A DNA stretch of 64,000 nucleotides from Nostoc sp. DedSLP01. GTDB lineage: Bacteria; Cyanobacteriota; Cyanobacteriia; Cyanobacteriales; Nostocaceae. Below, piece after piece: positions 62,317-64,000 of this stretch. Below the pieces are notes generated by a model that saw nothing but the letters and a program-made list of their open reading frames with translations, was not told the origin of the DNA and ran no database searches. Location: contig JAVRCJ020000002.1 in the NCBI GenBank assembly GCA_034530875.2, positions 64,001-128,000 on the forward strand, read 5' to 3'. Numbering within the stretch: the first letter of the stretch is position 1; the number at the start of each line of letters is the position of its first letter. The position numbers and the translations under genes were made by a program.

Positions 62317-62925
62317 ATGTCTTACAGTGACTTTACTCTCGACAAAGTTAGAAAAACCTTTGATTTAATCATTTCTGACAAAATTGATATATTTGCATCT
62401 ACGCCACAAATAGAATGCCCACCATTACTTGCAGAAATATTGCAGGAAAATATCCCTTTAGCTTTAGCAAGTAATACAGAAAAATCTCGTTCAGAAATGA
62501 TTATTGCGCCTATTTTAATCGCTATTAGAAAATATTTAAACAATCAAATAAGTTTATTTTCAGGTATTGATTTTACTGTGGATGCACCACAGGGACTAAA
62601 TGGAAATTGCGACTTTATTATTAGCCGTTCGCCAGAACTATTAATTCTTAATGCACCAGTAGTAACAATTGTAGAAGCAAAAAAGGAAAATATCAATGCA
62701 GGATTAGGTCAGTGTGTAGCAGAGATGTTAGCAGCTAAGTTGTTTAATGAACGTGAAGGAAATAACATTAAAACAATTTATGGTACTGTCACCACTGGAA
62801 CTATCTGGAAATTCTTAAAACTGATTGGGCAAGTTGTTGAAATTGACTTGGGCGAACATTATATTAGTGACATAGGTAAAATTTTAGGAATTTTATCTCA
62901 CATCCTGACAGAAGAAGTATTTTAA
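62317..62925 (+). CDS. PD-(D/E)XK restriction-endonuclease-like hypothetical protein
   Basis: G.CDF, IVEAKK, GLGQC.AEM, GTVTTG..W.F. Confidence 0.75.
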   Translation: MSYSDFTLDKVRKTFDLIISDKIDIFASTPQIECPPLLAEILQENIPLALASNTEKSRSEMIIAPILIAIRKYLNNQISLFSGIDFTVDAPQGLNGNCDFIISRSPELLILNAPVVTIVEAKKENINAGLGQCVAEMLAAKLFNEREGNNIKTIYGTVTTGTIWKFLKLIGQVVEIDLGEHYISDIGKILGILSHILTEEVF

Positions 62926-62926
62926 T

Positions 62927-63559
62927 ATGCTTGTCCAGTCACCGCCTGCCGAACAAAGAACAGTCCTACACAACATTAGCTGGGAAACCTTTGAAGCCTT
63001 ACTGAGAGAGACAGGCGAAGATAGAGGTTCTCGGTTTGCTTATGACTGCGGCACTTTAGAAATTATGACACCAGTGTTTGAGCATGAAAATCCTAAAATT
63101 CAGTTTGACAGATTTATTGTAGTTTTAGCTGAAGAATTAGATATTGAAGTCAGAAGTGCTGGTTCAACAACATTGAAACGAAAAATAGCAAAGAAAGGAA
63201 TAGAACCAGATACTTGTTATTATATCCAGAATGAAGCAGTTATTAGAGGTAAGCAAAAGCTAAATTTAGAAACAGATCCGCCACCTGATTTAGCAATTGA
63301 GATTGATATCACCAGCAGTTCAGTTAATAAATTTGACATTTACGCAGCATTGGGTGTAAATGAACTTTGGAGATATAACGGACAAGATCTAAAATTTTAT
63401 CAGCTGGTAGAGGGACAATATGTTGAGTGTCAGTTTAGTATTGCTTTTCCTATAGTTTCAGTGAGTGAGATAAGTAGATTTATTGAGCAGAGTAAAACAA
63501 GTGGCGAAATTGCGTTGCTTAAATCATTTCGCGCTTGGCTTAAGGGTAAACTAAGATAG
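62927..63559 (+). CDS. Uma2 family endonuclease
   Basis: GSTT, EPD.CYY, PPPDLAIEIDIT, GV.ELWRY. Confidence 0.9.
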   Translation: MLVQSPPAEQRTVLHNISWETFEALLRETGEDRGSRFAYDCGTLEIMTPVFEHENPKIQFDRFIVVLAEELDIEVRSAGSTTLKRKIAKKGIEPDTCYYIQNEAVIRGKQKLNLETDPPPDLAIEIDITSSSVNKFDIYAALGVNELWRYNGQDLKFYQLVEGQYVECQFSIAFPIVSVSEISRFIEQSKTSGEIALLKSFRAWLKGKLR

Positions 63560-64000
63560 TTATTTATAAATTAAAAAATAATTTTCTCCATTAATTATTA
63601 CTAGCCGTTTATTGTTCTCTTTGTCTTTAATTTCTACTTGAGCATAATGTAGCATTCTATGATGATTGGGACATAAAATAACAACATTATTTTCGTTTTG
63701 TGAACCTTCCTGAGATAAAATAATTAAATGATGTGCTTCCGAATAAAAGCCTCCATTATTTTTTGAAAATGTAAACCCACAATTTTCAAATTGGCAGCGA
63801 TTATTATATTTATTCTTAATTTTTAATATTATCTCTCGATCCCTTTTTATTCTTTGTACAATAACTTCTTCCCTTTCATTCTCTAAATGTGGCTCATGTT
63901 CAAAAATATTATTTTTTATTTCCTGATATTCTATTGTATTAATTTTTTCTAAAATTTCTTGAATATATTTTTGTTTGCAACAAATAGTTTGATTGCATTT
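63560..64000 (-). CDS. HNH endonuclease, C-terminal part (5' end outside window; absent from ORF track)
   Basis: Open for 147 codons: RCQFENCGF...YSEAHHLIILSQEGS...NVVILCPNHHRMLH. Confidence 0.85.
   Translation of the reverse strand, partial: KCNQTICCKQKYIQEILEKINTIEYQEIKNNIFEHEPHLENEREEVIVQRIKRDREIILKIKNKYNNRCQFENCGFTFSKNNGGFYSEAHHLIILSQEGSQNENNVVILCPNHHRMLHYAQVEIKDKENNKRLVIINGENYFLIYK

Overview
Chromosomal window from a filamentous cyanobacterium, probably Nostocales (frequent HIP1 GCGATCGC, STRR heptamer repeats, petC-petA-tatC, sufR-sufBCDS). Conserved loci (GH57 enzyme, cytochrome b6f petCA, tatC, Omp85, two-component cluster, M16 peptidase, suf operon) alternate with accessory modules and many small MITE/REP-like elements. 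Leading candidates for undescribed systems: (1) a degenerate CRISPR-like mini-array directly upstream of, and co-oriented with, a SLOG (TRPM-like) plus SLATT two-gene operon (41.8-43.4 kb); (2) the divergent AT-rich cluster starting with a PqqD/RRE protein whose own C-terminal tail resembles a lasso-peptide leader plus core, followed by glycosyltransferases, a nucleotidyltransferase-like protein and a papain-like peptidase (43.8-50.5 kb); (3) a membrane Ser/Thr kinase with a MORN ectodomain next to a secreted free copy of that ectodomain, an Arg-rich secreted repeat protein and an L,D-transpeptidase (9.9-14.1 kb). Also seen: a PEP-CTERM-anchored CpcT/CpeT-like protein, a recurring 7-2-7 promoter palindrome, a decaying phosphorelay, several pseudogenes and an HNH nuclease missed by the ORF track. 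No rRNA, tRNA or cas genes were recognised. All family calls come from motif recognition by eye; no searches were run.
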